Origin: the human T2T-CHM13v2.0 reference genome, Homo sapiens
Assembly: GCF_009914755.1 (NCBI RefSeq)
Contig: NC_060939.1
DNA: 64,000 nucleotides
Reading direction: 5' to 3' (one strand)
The position numbers and the translations under genes are program-made. The notes below the pieces were generated by a model. That model was given only the letters and a program-made list of their open reading frames with translations. It was not told the DNA's origin and did not search any database. This document shows, in pieces, positions 40,067 to 55,886 of the stretch. The first letter of the stretch is position 1. Every line of letters starts with the position of its first letter.

Positions 40067-43000
40067 TGGACTAAGTCCCAGATCCATGCCAGATCTGGTC
40101 ATTTTCCCCAACCTAGGCAGAAATTTTTTATTATTATTATTGCTATTACTATCATTATTTCTTAGAATTAAGCTGCACCTTTGACTACCAGGAGTGGCCT
40201 GCATGCTTAATCTTCAAACCAAGAGCAGCTCAGAAGCCAGACCAGAGTAGCATACTGGTGACAAGCACATGCCATGGCAGCAGGTACCAGGGTTTCAGTT
40301 TCTGCTGTGCTGCTCTAACCATGGGACCTCTCTCTGCCTCAGCTTTTTCATCTGTAAATGGGGGATTTAATAGTCCCAAGATCACAGGTTTGCTGTGAGC
40401 ATTGTGGGAGCAGATAGGTAAGCATTTAGAACGGCATTTTTGCACAAAGGAAATGCTCTGTCAACGTTAGTTTTCATGACTCCTCCAAAATCTGCCTTTC
40501 TCCGTCCTGAAGGACCCATAAGTTTCCAAGAACTCTTAATCCTACAGGAATCTCTTAAAGACTAGCAGTAGAAAACCTGTTTTCCCTAGAGACCGCTCTC
40601 CTGCCGCTCTTTCCACCTTTGTGTCATCTTGCTGGTGACAGTACCAAGCTCCTAATGAGAGTTGAAAAGGTTTCTGCAGCTGGTGAGGCTGCATAATTCA
40701 AGCCAGCCTACCTCCCACCTCCAGCTCCCAAGTTCTGAGGCTAAATCGGTAGGCGGGGGGTACATGGCTAAGAGAGTCTGCAGGTGTTCAATGGCCTGGT
40801 GTGGCCTTGGTTCACCAGTTTCTGTTTGCCTGGGCCGCCCCATTAGCTGCTGCCTCCTTAAAAAGTCAGAATTTTATAGGCTTAACAATCTGTTTGAATG
40901 CAAAAGCTTGAAACACAGGGTTGGCCCTAGGAGCAAACTAATTAATAGCCCTTCTCAAACTAGGGTTTTGGAAGGTAGGCTGAACCTTTGAAAAGCAATC
41001 ATCTTTTGAGGGTGCTGCAAGTCATTGCAATAAAACTGGGGATGGGAGGAAGAACTTGGAAGGAAATAGCGAACCCAAGAGGAAACTGTCATTTCTGGAG
41101 GCAAGTTGCCTTGGTAGAGGGAAAAAAAAAGAATGTTCTTCATGCAAATAAGGCCCACTAAGGCTTCCTCAAGTCAAATGATTCAGTCAAATCATTCTCA
41201 AACCTAATGATTTTTCACATCTAATTCAAGGAGAAATTAGTTATTAGATATTAAGACAAAAGCAGGCAGACTTCTATCTTGACAAGGAATCCTTCCCGCT
41301 GAAGTGGAATTATCTCCAGAATAATTAAATTGCTTGCTGAAGTATAAAAGCATTCCATTAACCGGAGTTGCCTTTGTTGAACAGTGCCTTCCTCATCCCC
41401 AAACAAATCATGATGACTCTGAACAAGGACAGGGAGATACCAGGACCTAAATAGATAATGTGATAAAACTGAAATCATCATCAGTGTCATTTCTGAGCCA
41501 AAGAGCAAAGTTGCTAATCAGCAAATGCTGGAGGTATCAGCCTCAGCCCGGCAGCAGTTTTACTTGTGACCAAGCGTGGCTGTGATGCTTTATTCTCCAG
41601 GAGTCCTAGACTCTGCAGATTCTGCACCCTAATGAAAAAAATGAAGGCTACAGTGAAAGCACGGCAGAGGATCGTTTTCCTGGAATGTCCCCAGCCTGCC
41701 TGTTTGACATTGGCAATGTTTCCAGAATTTAGATATCTTTATTCCAAAAGAGCACTGTGATTGAGAAATGGCGTTATTACTTGCCAAAACACATAAACCA
41801 CCGGGACATTCAAATGTATTCATTACAAGGAGGCACTGTTATAACCCGACGTGATCCATACTGCTCTTACTACATTGTGAAACTTGTTGTTGTGTGGCAT
41901 GGCCGACAGGTCTCCTGCCACAGGTACACTACACCATCAGAACGTGCCACACAGTATAGCAAATCAGATTTCACTCATTCATAGTGATTTATGAGGATAG
42001 AGTTGTAACATCCAAGGGGCTTCTGTACATGAAGATAAATGCTTACCTCATTGTCCTCTGTTTATGCCCAATGAATTCATCTGTATTTGTTGAACAATCC
42101 ACATATTTAAATATTTCACAGTCAGGATTACTCTAAATATTTGTACCATACTTTAAACATAATGTGGATTTAACACAGGAAAATTTCCCAACATTTACAT
42201 ATAGGTGTTATAAAGGTAAACACTTCTAAATATTTATTTGAAATGATATTTCTAAAAATTCAGATGATGGTAAATGCTTTAAACCTTGTAAAAATAGACA
42301 AAACACACACATAAAGACCAGTACACTTAAAATCGAGGAGGGTATAAGTGTATTAATACAATGGACTTGAAGTTGTTTTCTTATTATCTTTATTCTTATT
42401 CATAGCCTTTTAAAAGTGTTATTTTTATTTGTGCATTTATTTCATCAGAGAGTTGCCTTTCTAATGTTTCAGGAATTTTACAAGGAACCACCACAGAACA
42501 GCCAAGGCCACCAGCTCTGGTTATCATCTGGTTATAACACAGGATTCGGTTGCTCAGGCTTTGCCAATTCCAAGCTTTTGGTCATCTGGCTCAGTCCATT
42601 TGCATAACTAAGTTCTTTTTGTTATGTCAAAGAACCCTAAGATGCCGATCTTCTGTGTAGATTTTCATTCTTGAAACTTGATACCATTCCTGGAAATGGT
42701 AAATTCTAAGTTTTGTATATCTGCCAGTTCTTGACTTATTGAGCTTGTCTGTTAACATTATTAAAAACTTATGCATCCCCTATTATTATTTTATTCTGAT
42801 GAGTTGGGCCGCTTAGAGGTTTCATCTCCTACGAGATGAGATTGAGCCTGATAATTAGCTCTCTTCTTTAGGACAGCTGGCTAATTCATCACCTTGGAAT
42901 GCAGTGTGAGACTCCCTGCCCACCTGTTTATTTTGCATGCCACCACGGCACTGATCAGTTTTTCCTAGACGTGGTGTAGTACCTCCTTCCTCTGGGACTC

Positions 43001-44692
43001 TGTGTTTTATCTGTTCTGTTTGCATAGGTGGAAACAAGTAAACTGCATGTCAGATACTCCACACTTTATGATCGCAGCAGCACAGACTTCCCTAACTTTA
43101 GTCTAGTCTCTGGGAAACCACCTCTATAATTTTTGCTTTATTTGCATTCCACCTGAACCATTATGCACTTAAGACTTCTCTTTAAATAACTTTAAATCTA
43201 CTTACTTTTTGTAGCCTAGCAGTGTCTTAAGCCATAACAGCCATGAAACCACGCATTCGATGTATCAGCTGTATTTCAGCTTTGTTGTAAGGACATATTA
43301 AAATCATGGCACAAATATTGAAATGACAGGGTTGTCCTGGTGCCCCAGAGCTCTCTTGTACACTGCCAGGATACGTCATACCATAATTTAGGAGACTTGG
43401 CTGAAGACCACATGCCAATGATTCTGATTGCTGGGAATATCCAAATAATGTGCTTGTTTTCAAAGGATTTTTAAAAAATGAATCTCCTATTTTAAAAGCA
43501 CCAATTTAAGGGAAAGTCTTAGTGGCATATAAAACCACATGCTTTAAGAAAAATAGAGTAAAATAAAGAAAGAATGAAGTACAAGACCTCAACAATTCCT
43601 GCTTTCCGGCTCTGTCATTATTTAAAGTGGTGCATGAACCTCAGAGCACTTTTGCCCATCACCAGCTCTCATAGAAGCCCTGAGCACCAGGACTGAGTGG
43701 GAGGCTTCTTCTAGGGTAGACTGGGTGATGAGAAGAGACCCCCTAAGGAGAAGGAAACACATTCAGCAAAGATCTACAGGCAGAGCATTCTTGTATAGGG
43801 AAGACCCCCAAGGACAAAGACCTGGGTGGGGTGGACCTGGGTGCAGGCGAGAAACAGCAAGAGCCACTGGGGCTGGACTGGAGGGTGGGAAGAGGAGGGG
43901 CTAGGGGGTGTGATCAGATCACTGAGGGGCAGACCTCGGGCCATGGCACAGCCTATGGATTTTGACCATTGCAGGGTTTTGAGCAGGAAACTGATTTGAG
44001 CTGATCTCGCTGACTGCTACTCAGGGAATTATTATATTGGATCAAGAGTGAAAACCAAGACCCCAGTTGGGTGGCTCTGGTGGTCTCCAAGTGAGAGCTG
44101 ATGGAAATTTTGCCAGAGAGGTAGCCATGAAGATGGCAAGAAGGGGTTTTATTAGGCATGTACACATTTTGGAGAGCACAAGAATTTCATATCTTTCTTG
44201 AAACTGTTAAGTATATTTTCTTACACATATATATATATAGATCCATCAATAGGTATATTGACATATACTTAAATATATTGATATTTATACTTTATTTTAT
44301 ATAAACACACACACACACACACATTTTTTTTTCTTTTGAGAAACAAACCCCAAACCCTCTGTTAGTAGAGGATGAAAATATCTTCTGACATTGCTTTAAA
44401 AAAATTTTAGTGTGTCTAGTGAACTGTAAGAAAAGTCCTGGTATAGTCTCTCCTGTTTTAGTAGAAGATAGTAATTGGCAACATGTCAGTGTATGCTTTG
44501 AAGCCAGAGATTTCACAATCATGGATGACTTATGGGGTGTAGATTTTGGCCTTAGCAACTGGGTACCTCTGGATGCTGTTTGCTGAAATGGACAAGAGCG
44601 GGCCAAGAAGGGGCCTTAGGAGCAGGGGGCTATAAGATGGGAGCACAGGGTGTGACCTTGACCCTGACCATCTGCCTTCTGTCTCCCTGCAG

Positions 44693-44857
44693 TGATCCCG
44701 AAGGTCACCAAGCACCTGCTCTCAAACCCTGTGTTCACCTGCATCATCCTGGCCGCCTGCATGGAGATTGCAGTGGTGGCTGGCTTCGCTGCCTTTTTGG
44801 GGAAGTACCTGGAGCAGCAGTTTAACCTCACCACCTCTTCTGCCAACCAGCTGCTTG
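44693..44857 (+). CDS. SLCO3A1: SLCO3A1 coding exon (exon 5), 165 nt, phase 1-1: (V)IPKVTKHLLSNPVFTCIILAACMEIAVVAGFAAFLGKYLEQQFNLTTSSANQLL(G)
   Basis: Acceptor ccctgcag|TG; donor CTTG|gtgagt. KYLEQQF motif typical of OATPs. ORF 44692..44931. Confidence 0.97.
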
Positions 44858-45549
44858 GTGAGTGTGTCCTCAGGCCTCCTGAGAGGGTCGGGGGAGGGTG
44901 TCCTGTGTGTAAGGCACTAAAAATTTACTGAGCCCTGCTGAAGAACCCCACTCTGCTCTGGGCCTACAGCAACAAGATATATGTGGCCTCTGTGCACAAG
45001 GAATTTAAAGTATATTCTCAGAGTAAGATTTGCCTGCCTGGATCAGTTGCTAAAAGCACATGATAATAAAGAGTGAAAATATAAAATGTACATTTGAGAG
45101 GCCAGTAAGTCGATAGATGGGTGTGAAATGGGAAATTTGAGGAAGCTATGATGAAGAAGGATAAATCTTGAAAGGTTAGCAGGTTTTAATCAGCCACATA
45201 AAGTTAAGAATATTCTTGGCAGCATGAGACCCATAGTTAACTGCAGAGCTTGGAAGCCATACACTCCCTACTCCTCCCTGTGCCCACAACAGACATAACT
45301 AATGGATCATGACACTCCTTCTCCCCAAGGTCAGGCATGGCTTTACAGTTCTTTAAATCATAGACTACAGGTTTCTACTCCCAATTGTTCAGAGTTGACA
45401 TACTAAAGAAAACCAATTTGCACTCATGAGAAGCAGTGTTGCTCAGGCAGGGTAAGGAATGTGGTCCTGCAGCATGTCTTAGTTTGCTTTTTGTTTTGTG
45501 ACAATATATCATCCTTTACTTCAAATGACAGGAAGCTGCATTTGTTGAG

Positions 45550-46560
45550 TTAATCAGCTGAGATGTTGATAAGTAGTGGACACAACAGCAACAGACATAG
45601 CAGTCAAACAAGAGGGAAGAATCAACAATGGCTCTCAGGTTTCTGGCTTGGAGAGCTTGTGGTACCATTTGTAAAGACTGGAAATAACAAAGAAGAATCA
45701 GATCCATGCAAAGTTTCTGGATCAGACCTGAAGCTGTTGAGTGTGAGATGCCCATAGCATATCTAAGTGATGTCCAGTATTCAGCCGAGGGGTCAAGAAG
45801 GGTCTCTGGGATGATAATCGATATTATATGTAGTAGTGGAGGTTCAGTTGCCTCAGTAAATGGATGGTAGTTGAGGACATCGGAGTGGAATTTACGTAGG
45901 AAAAAATGTGTAGAGTTAAAAAAAGATAGGTGAAACCCCAACCTGAAGAAATAGAGGAGTCTGCAGAGAAATTTAAGCAACAGCACCCAAAAGAAATGCA
46001 GAGAATGTGGATCATGGAAGTCAAGGGTGAGATGATTCCAAGAAGAAAGCAGCCATCTGCAATGTGAGCAGTCAAGCAAGGTGAGGGCCCAAATGTCTCT
46101 GTTGGCTTTAATGATGAGGACAGCTTGCAGCCTGTGTGAGGGCTGTGTCCCTGAAGTGGCAGCGGTGGCACCCGTTCTGTGGTGTGGAGGGAAGCCCACG
46201 AGAGGGAAGGAGTAGACAGTGAGCACGGGACTTAGCCAGGGGAGAAAGGAGAGAGGACATGGCCTGTGGCATGTGTTGGAGTCGAGGGAGGGAGTGGTGA
46301 CTATGTGGTTGCTGGGACAGGAAAGACTTGAGCAGGTTTCTCAGTGGAGGGAAAGGAGCCCACAGCTGGGGATTTGCAGCAGAGAGAGGGAATGTGGTGG
46401 ACAGCCCTTGACAGAGGAGTTCACCTGTTCTCCTGAAAGAGCAGAGGGAGGGACACGTGATGGAAGCTACTGAGAATGTGGTGATACAGCCAGGCATGGG
46501 GGCAGCTACAGCTCCACAGACTTCGTCTTCTCTGTAAAGTAGGAGTCAGATTGTCTGCTG
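45550..46560 (-). mobile_element. L2 LINE internal (reverse-transcriptase region) remnant; other L2 pieces at about 4690-4830, 32900-33300, 34400-35020, 43700-44170, 48730-49160, 53430-53880
   Basis: Purine-rich + strand typical of antisense L2. The - strand translation LTLLD...LDFHD...HSDVLNYHPFTEATE resembles decayed L2 RT (LILLD..LGFRD..HSHGFNYHLYADDSQ). Confidence 0.65.
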
Positions 46561-46619
46561 AGAGGAAAGGGAAGGTGATGCTTTCTGATCTTCCCTTTTA
46601 AAATCTCCTGTCATGTCAC

Positions 46620-47699
<1,080 letters not shown>

Positions 47700-50288
47700 T
47701 TACCACCCCTCTCCCTGGGAACTGCCAGGGTACCACAAGTCTTATGTTTTTCTTTTACACAAAGAACTCTCTACCACCCACCACTTGGTCAATTTTACCT
47801 CCAAGAGGTATTGGCAAAATGCAGTCAGCCCTTTAATATCTGCCCGACAGAGATAGGGTAAAATACACCTCTTTATAATTAAAGTTGTAACTTCTTTGTT
47901 ATCCCCAGGATCTCAGGTTTAGCCCTTCAGCACCTGAAGAGTTTATCTCTCACCTGCTGACTCCTCTGCTGCTTTTTCTTCCATTTTGATTCCATTTGCA
48001 CAGTTGCTTCAACTTTGGGCAGTGCTCTGTTTCAGAACAGATGCCTACATCTTCTATCGACAAACAAATCAATAGTCTTCAGGGCAGAAGGTCAAAAAAA
48101 CAATTCTGCCTTATTGCGCCTTTCTGTCTCCCAGTGATTTCTGTCTGCTGGTGTGCTTGGCAGGAGGCACCTTCTCCTGAGCTGGGCAGTCCAGGCAAGC
48201 AGCACAGGTGCCCTCTGTGTGTGCCCTGCCCTTGGTGACAGTCTAGTCAGTGTGGACGCTGGAGGCTGGCTGCAGGAGGGGCTGGCAGTGGGCGGTTAGA
48301 GAAGGCAGACTTGGGAGATGAGGCCCAGGCAGTCATCCCAGAGCATCAGCACTGGCCCCCCTTCCACCCCTTGCGAAGTCATCAGCAAATGGGGCAGAGC
48401 TCAGAGAAGAGCAACACAGGTGATTAAAGAGCTGGTGGTGCTGATTTGTGAGTGAAGATAAAAAGGACTCAATCTGCATAGGTTAACGTAATGAGAATGG
48501 AATTTCAGGGAAGTTCTGATCACCGCCTGGAGTGTTAAGGACAGCACATACATCAGGGAGGGAGGGGGCCTGACAATGGCTTGGAGAAAAGGTGTGAAAG
48601 CCTGTGATTGCCATGGTTACCATCCTTGACAGGTGACACCCCCACTGTCTCTGCTAGGAAATGAAACAAAACACAGGCCTGCTTTCTGGGTGTGGGCATG
48701 TTGTCACTGATGTCCATTCACACACATCCAATCTGTTCCTTAGCTCATTCATTCTGAAAATAATACTTGGATGCCCACTCCGTGCTGGGTACCATGCTAG
48801 ACACAGAGAATCTAGGCGGGACTGAACAAGACAAAAAGGGTTTTTGTCCACAGGAAAGCTGTATCCTAGCAGAGAGAGAGAGAGAGAGCAAGAAACAAGA
48901 AACCCAAAAATAAATGAGGCTGCTTCAAAGAGCTGAGAGAGCCATGAAAACAGTATGGAATCTCAGGGTGGGGATGCATGGATCTCTACATAGGGTGGCC
49001 TGGGAAACCTGTCTGAAGAGAGTAGGGGCCAGCCAAGTAAACACATCGGGCAAGTGTCCCAGGAGAGGGAACTGCACGTGCAAAGCCTGGGGAAGCAGAA
49101 CTGTTTGGCCTGTCCTAGGGAGAGAAAGGAGGGACAGTGGCATGGTTGGGATGGGCAGTGCGGTGCAGGATGAGGATAAAGAGGCACCCAGGAGCTGGCT
49201 CATGACATCACTCCTATACCAAGGGAAGAAAACCAAGCACAGATACTCCAAGAGCAGCAGATGATAAAGAGATATTATATGTCATTTTAAGTATGACTTG
49301 TGCTGTTTTCTTGCAGAGCTATACCCCCTTATTATATTTTCTCACCCCAATATTAAAATTAATTTGCATTCCCTTAGCACATACCAGCTGGTTAATGTAG
49401 TCAGTTGACCTAGAGGTCTGTTGATTGGCAAGAAGGCAGCCTAGACTGGAAAATTGGCCATGCATCATCTACATGGTAGATAAATGACACGTAGCAATTG
49501 AAAGCTGAGTTTTAGATGAGATGAATCAGAATGGAGCAAAACCAACGCAGGAGCTTGGAACCCTGGGATCCTTTGGTCCTCCTAAAATGCCATGGTCTCT
49601 GCGAATCAGAAATAACAGGTTTATGGTCCTGCTCACTTGTAGATAGCCCTGGGTAGAAGAGAGAGAAAGGAAAAAATATATATGCCATTTATTCACCAAG
49701 AGCTACAAAACATATTGATTGATGCCACTTCCTGAGGGGTGGCGGAGCTGGTTCAAACACTCTCTCTATGGCCTGGTGAATTCCGTGACCTTTAGGTTAA
49801 ACAGCCTCCGTACTTTCCGTGAAACCCTCCCTTCTTGCCTCATTAGAAGACGAGGAGAAAAATCCCTAAATGATCTCAAGTCCGCTTCCCACATCTCATC
49901 TCAAAAATGCTCACAGAGCACATCACTGCTCCGTGATATGTACCCTCCCGAAGGCATGTCTGTGTTCCCAGTCTCTCTGACTCCATCTCTTGGTAGTCCC
50001 CTCTTCAGCTTGCGTTTCTCCTGAGGGTGCCCCACTTAGCAGGACAGGTGCGTGCACTTAGATTCATGAAGCAGAGTTGCTTTATGTCTGTCTCCCCCAG
50101 TTCTCCATGAGCTCCCTGGGGGCATAAATCAGGCCCTTCCTGAAGACTCCAGGGTCCCATGGAGGCAGTGACACCACAGTGGGGTCATAGGGCATTCACG
50201 GGACTCAGCCTCAGGCCTGCTGCCCGCCTGTCTGTAGACTGGCCCCACCTTCCCTGTTCACAGCCCTGCCCCTCTATTTTCCTTCCAG

Positions 50289-50487
50289 GGATGACTGCGA
50301 TCCCGTGTGCTTGTCTGGGTATCTTCCTGGGAGGTCTTTTGGTGAAGAAGCTCAGCCTGTCTGCCCTGGGGGCCATTCGGATGGCCATGCTCGTCAACCT
50401 GGTGTCCACTGCTTGCTACGTCTCCTTCCTCTTCCTGGGCTGCGACACTGGCCCTGTGGCTGGGGTTACTGTTCCCTATGGAAACAG
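50289..50487 (+). CDS. SLCO3A1: SLCO3A1 coding exon (exon 6), 199 nt, phase 1-2: (G)MTAIPCACLGIFLGGLLVKKLSLSALGAIRMAMLVNLVSTACYVSFLFLGCDTGPVAGVTVPYGN(S)
   Basis: Acceptor ccttccag|GG; donor ACAG|gtgagt. GIFLGG and CDTGPVAGVTV OATP motifs. ORF 50159..50491. Confidence 0.97.
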
Positions 50488-52579
50488 GTGAGTACTGGCA
50501 GTGTCTGCCGCCTTCCTGCCTGTTCAGGGACCCTAGCAATCTCCCTCTGCAGTAGGTTGAGGGAACCAGCTTTGTTCCTAGTGACCTGAGGAGACGCATC
50601 ACGGCTGCCTCTGCATCTTACTGTCCACGTTGGAGAATCAGTAGAACCCTCTGGGCTGAGAAAGCAGACCTTTCCACTCAAAGGCTGGGAAGCACTGGGG
50701 GAGAAGAGAAGCCGTTTCCTCCCTGGCAGACTCACATCGCGATTTTTGGCATTTGACTTTAGGAAAAATGTGAAGAGAGAAAATAAAAATTTTAATTCAA
50801 AATTCAGCTCAAAATAAAAGACAGAATTGATTTGATTTCAACAATTCCTTAAACTATCAGAAGCTGTCATTAGGCTCACATGGCAATTACAGGATCTGGC
50901 CCATGGCAGGTGTTCTTAAGTGTAGCGAGGGAAAGGGGGAGAAAAAGGGAGGGAGGAAGAGAAGGAAGTTAGTTCTCATAGGACCACTTTTCTTTCTTCC
51001 TAGTTTTTATCCCAAGACTTGGGACTAGAGTCCAGTGAGAATTGCCCTTAGAGGGAATTATGGGGAGTCTTCAGCTATCCAGTATCAATAGCTGTCCCCT
51101 TTTCCACATGGGACTGAGGCTGCCTTGGAAATCCAGCCTGGAGCATCGAGGCTGAAGCATGGCTGGCCTGCAGGTTACCAGTTTCTCTCTCTAGAGCCAG
51201 ACTCTTCCTCCAAGCAGACCACGAGGCCTGCTCCTGCGCTTGTGCCGGAAGATGCAGTGGAGCCAGGGCTTCTCTGCCACCCACAAGGGTGAGCAGGCAG
51301 AGTGGGAGAGCAGAACAGAGGCAGCTTTCTGTATGTCTGTGTACAATCCAGGCACCATGTGCCCCTCCTTCCCCTTTACACCATCACGGGGTTGCCCCTT
51401 CCAATCCCCGCCCCAGCCTGGCCCCGACTTCGTGTTCAGATATGTCTTCTTCCCGTTTGCACCTGCTATGCATAACAGCTGTCTCAAGTAGCAGACTGCT
51501 CAACTCCCAAGGAGTAAAGGGTAGTGGTTAGGAGCACAAGGTCTTACTATAATGACGTTATTCTTCCATGAAAAAGAAAAGAAAAGTGTATATCCTACAG
51601 TCAGACAGTCCTAGTTCCAGCGCCTCCTCTACCATTTATGACTTCTGTACTTTTGGACAAGTCACTTAACCTGGCTGTGCCTCGGTTTCTTCTCTAAAGC
51701 CCATGGGGTTATAATGAGAATAAATGAAATAATCCATGCAGTACTTTGAATAGTGCATGACACATAAATTGCCGGGTGTCGCCATCGTCACCTTTATTAT
51801 TATGAAGTGCTCTGAGCCTTAGGAGACATAGCTGAAAATGATCAGAGTAAAGAAGAGACATTTCCTCTCTTATAGAGCTAATACACTCACTCTACCCTTT
51901 TGTTCTTTTTTCAGTTTGCTTGCTCTAGATAACTTTGCCTTTAATGATGCAAAGGAAAATTAAAACACCTTAGTGTTATTTTTCTCAGGACATTGAATCA
52001 ATTAGACAATAATTATTGAAGTCAGTCTGGTTGAAGCAGTGTAGTAAGTAAGCATCATGAGGCTTCCTGACTGTAGGGGAGGAATAAAGCAAAGAGACAA
52101 GAACCAGCCCAAAGAGGGAAGAAGTTAAATCCTCAGTGGTGCAGGCATAGCAGTGTTCAGGACAGGGGGATAAGCTGAGGCCTTAGCAATCAGGAGAGGC
52201 ATCGTGGAGGGGGTGGCCCTGAGCAGTCCCAACTGCCACCAGCCCAGAGGGCACGTCAATACCAGTGATAAAAAGCATCTTCCTCCTCGCTTCATGAGAG
52301 GGGCTGGAGTGGACTCAGCTCCCACCCAGCCCACCACCCAAGCTGGCATCATTGGCCAGGGCACAACCCACGTAGCTCTCAGCAGTGGCCCTGGGCTGCT
52401 CCTTGCTGGACAGGATAGGCTAAGGTTGGTAAAGGAAAAGGGAAGGGAGAACCAGGTAACAATCCCATAAGCAGGGTACCACGCGACTCATCACAACAGA
52501 GGCAAAAGGCTGTCACTGGGGGCATCTGATTCCGAATTGACCTGTTTCTAATGGCTTCCGTGTTTCCTTTCTTTTCCAG

Positions 52580-52718
52580 CACAGCACCTGGCTCAGCCCT
52601 GGACCCCTACTCGCCCTGCAATAATAACTGTGAATGCCAAACCGATTCCTTCACTCCAGTGTGTGGGGCAGATGGCATCACCTACCTGTCTGCCTGCTTT
52701 GCTGGCTGCAACAGCACG
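52580..52718 (+). CDS. SLCO3A1: SLCO3A1 coding exon (exon 7), 139 nt, phase 2-0, start of the Kazal-like extracellular domain CNNNCECQTDSFTPVCGADGITYLSACFAGC
   Basis: Acceptor cttttccag|C; donor CACG|gtaatg. PVCG-x-DG-x-TY-x-S-x-C-x-AGC Kazal/OATP motif. ORF 52551..52841. Confidence 0.97.
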
Positions 52719-52723
52719 GTAAT

Positions 52724-52750
52724 GGGATGGGGCAGGGGATGGGGCAGGGG
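52724..52750 (+). promoter_or_regulatory. G-quadruplex-forming G-run cluster 6 nt into intron 7
   Basis: GGGATGGGGCAGGGGATGGGGCAGGGG: five G-runs with 2-nt loops; 12-nt unit GGGATGGGGCAG x2. Confidence 0.55.
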
Positions 52751-55472
52751 ATTCAGGCAGCTAAAGTGGCTTAAAACCCAAGTTTTTGCCCAGGTTGTTC
52801 GCCTTCCCTGTGACTTTTTCTTAGCTGTTGCCTTGCTGTAGTGGAAGATGTTCCATCAGCAGGATGAGAGGACTGATTCAGGTCTTCTTGCTAAATCAAG
52901 TGGGTTTGTAGGAAGTCCCATTGTGCAACTGAAAGTAAAAATTCAAAGGAAGCTGTATATATGGAACCAAAGGAAAAGATGGTGGTTCAAGGTACTTGCA
53001 GTGTCAATGAAATAGGATGTCTGCATGGGTAGTGAGCTCCCCATCACCAGAAGTATGTCAAGAGAGGCTTAAAAACCATTTATCAGGAAAGACTTCTTCC
53101 AGACCTGAAACACTCTGACACCAATTCAGCTTCTTTCCTACCCAGTTTGCTTTGCCATTTTCCTCCTAACTAAATGCCTCCCACCTCTTTCCATGTTCCT
53201 GACACATTTTTGGGAGGAGGTGGGTTGCTTTTTCCTGCTTAGCGTGGATTTTACAATTGGCTGTCAGCCCACAGCTTTCCACGCTCTCTCCCTGAAAACC
53301 TGATGCTAAGTGACGGGTCATCCATTGGTGCTGATCCCACCTTCCAGGAGTCCTTGGCACCTGCCCTGTGGAGGCCCCGCCCCCATCTCTTGCTTGGACC
53401 CGAGCAGTAGGTCCTACCTGGCCTCCCAGGATGGCCCCTTATGTCCTTCGTTTTCTTCAACACTGCAGTCAGAAGGGTTTCTGTAACATAGCAAATGACC
53501 CTTTCTCATGCTACTCTGTCAACTAGAAGATCAGTTCTAGGTGCCACGTGTCTTCAGCTCTACCTCCTTTCAGTTTGTGGTGTTCAGCTTCCCCCATACA
53601 ACCTGTCTTTTCATACACCTCCCTCCAGCTGGACAGGTCCTACTCACCGGTCAGTAGCCTCCTCCAATGTCCCCTCCTCTGAAACCATCCCTTCCCTTTT
53701 TATCTTTGGGGTTTTTCTCCCTGAAGTCCTTCGGTGCCTCTTTCTCCTAAAGACATTGTTCTCACTTTATTACGATGATTTGCTAGAAGTGTCTGTCATC
53801 TGCTCTGGTCTTTGGATTTCTTAAGCAAGGGCCAGCACCCAGAAGTACTCCATGAATGTCTGTGCAAGGCATAGTGGGAAGGAAAATATGAACCCCCAGT
53901 GGCAGCTTTCAAGGGACTTAGAGTTGAGATCATTAGCTGCTGCTTCTTCCTACATCTTATATCTTTCAGGAGCAGCAATTTCTCTGAAAGAAGAAAAATG
54001 GATCATTTATTTTCATTTTCAAAGATTTCATTTTTCCTTGTGTTTAGCATTTAGATTCCTGGCCAGTTATTAACATTTTCTTTAGAGAAAATAAATCACC
54101 ATGGGGGGTGGGTGGGAGAAACTGATTTTTTAAAATTAGATGATAAAGCAATTTCTTTATGTGAGTGGAAATAAATTTTAAAAGAAGGGATGGGCCTTGA
54201 GAATGGTTCAAATAAAAACACAAGCCATTATTTTTCATGACAACAATTTCATTAACATTTTAATATCCAGAAAGTTACATTATAAATCAGTCTCGGTTAT
54301 TGTCCTGTTATAAGAATTAAATTGACTCAGTATAGTCTAGTGTCCTGAGACCAAATGAGTCTCTATTCCAGGGAATGCACTGACCAAAAAAATTATCTTA
54401 AAAATTGCATTTCCCCTGATCTTGCATGTACAGGAGTCTTATTGAATAAGAGCCTTACCAGGCCCATCTGTGGCTGCATCCCACTGCTGAAACAGCGAAG
54501 CTGGAGAATGCAGTTATCAGACTGTAAGCTTCTCTGCTTACCTCTGGACCTACTGTTTGTCCCCCAGACACCTGCCTTTTATTCAGGTTACTCGAGGCCT
54601 CACATTGTCTGCTGGGGTGTAGGTGAGGCAAGGAGGATATTCTCATGCAATTGCAATGCAGAGACAGAGAAACCACCAGGCCCCAGAGCTGGGGTGAGGC
54701 ATACAGTGCCTTCCCTGCAGAGGCAGATCTCTAGATGCCCTGGCTTCCAACAAGTGGATGAGGGATTTGGAGACCCAGAGCAATGCTTATCCTGGAAAGG
54801 GACCCTTGTGACAGTCTAGCCTTAAAAACAACCACAACCATAAAACTTGCAGCAGCAGCAGCAGGCTTTGTCGAGAGCCTATTAAGGTCCAGGTAATGGG
54901 GCCTTCCGTGTGTCACTCGTGACCCATGGCAGCTTGGCCCAGAGTCAGAGAAATCTCAGGCCAACATCCAAAAATGAGTGAAAAGCAATTTAAATCCTTT
55001 AAATCTCTGCTGCAGTATTTTGGGAAAATGCCAAATGGTGGCTATATTCCTGGTATGTGTACTCCCTCCCTCGCCCCCTTTTTTCTCCACTCTTCTTGTC
55101 TCCAAGTTCGGGGAAAAAAAAAAAAAAAAAAAAAAACTCTTTGACAAGCTAAAACCTTTCACCTCCTCCTTTTCACAGTGATCCCCTGGAATTCTCCACC
55201 TTCCCCAATGTGAGTTCAGCCATTTTCCCTGGTTTCATCAATTCTTCCACCCACGGCCTCAACCCTGTGTATATTATCTCATTGATCCTCCCAGCACCCT
55301 TGGGAAATAGGTGTTCTTCTTATTTCCTGAATACAGATGAGGTTAGTCACTTGCCCAAGGCCATGCAATAGGAAGTGGGGGATCTGGCTTTTGAATGTAG
55401 GGTCTGTCCAATGTCGAGTACACATGGACACCAAGAAAGGAAAAATAGTGTCTCCCTCTGTACCTCCCCTAA

Positions 55473-55886
<414 letters not shown>

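Noticed and set aside
45516-46226. 236-aa - strand ORF, the longest non-L1 ORF
   Set aside because: It lies in decayed L2 sequence. The RT catalytic YADD position reads FTEA and the start codon is not ATG, so it is most likely a chance open frame.
52580-52584. Second AG 5 nt inside exon 7 (cag|CACAG) as an alternative acceptor
   Set aside because: It would frameshift, and the first AG after the pyrimidine tract keeps the conserved frame.
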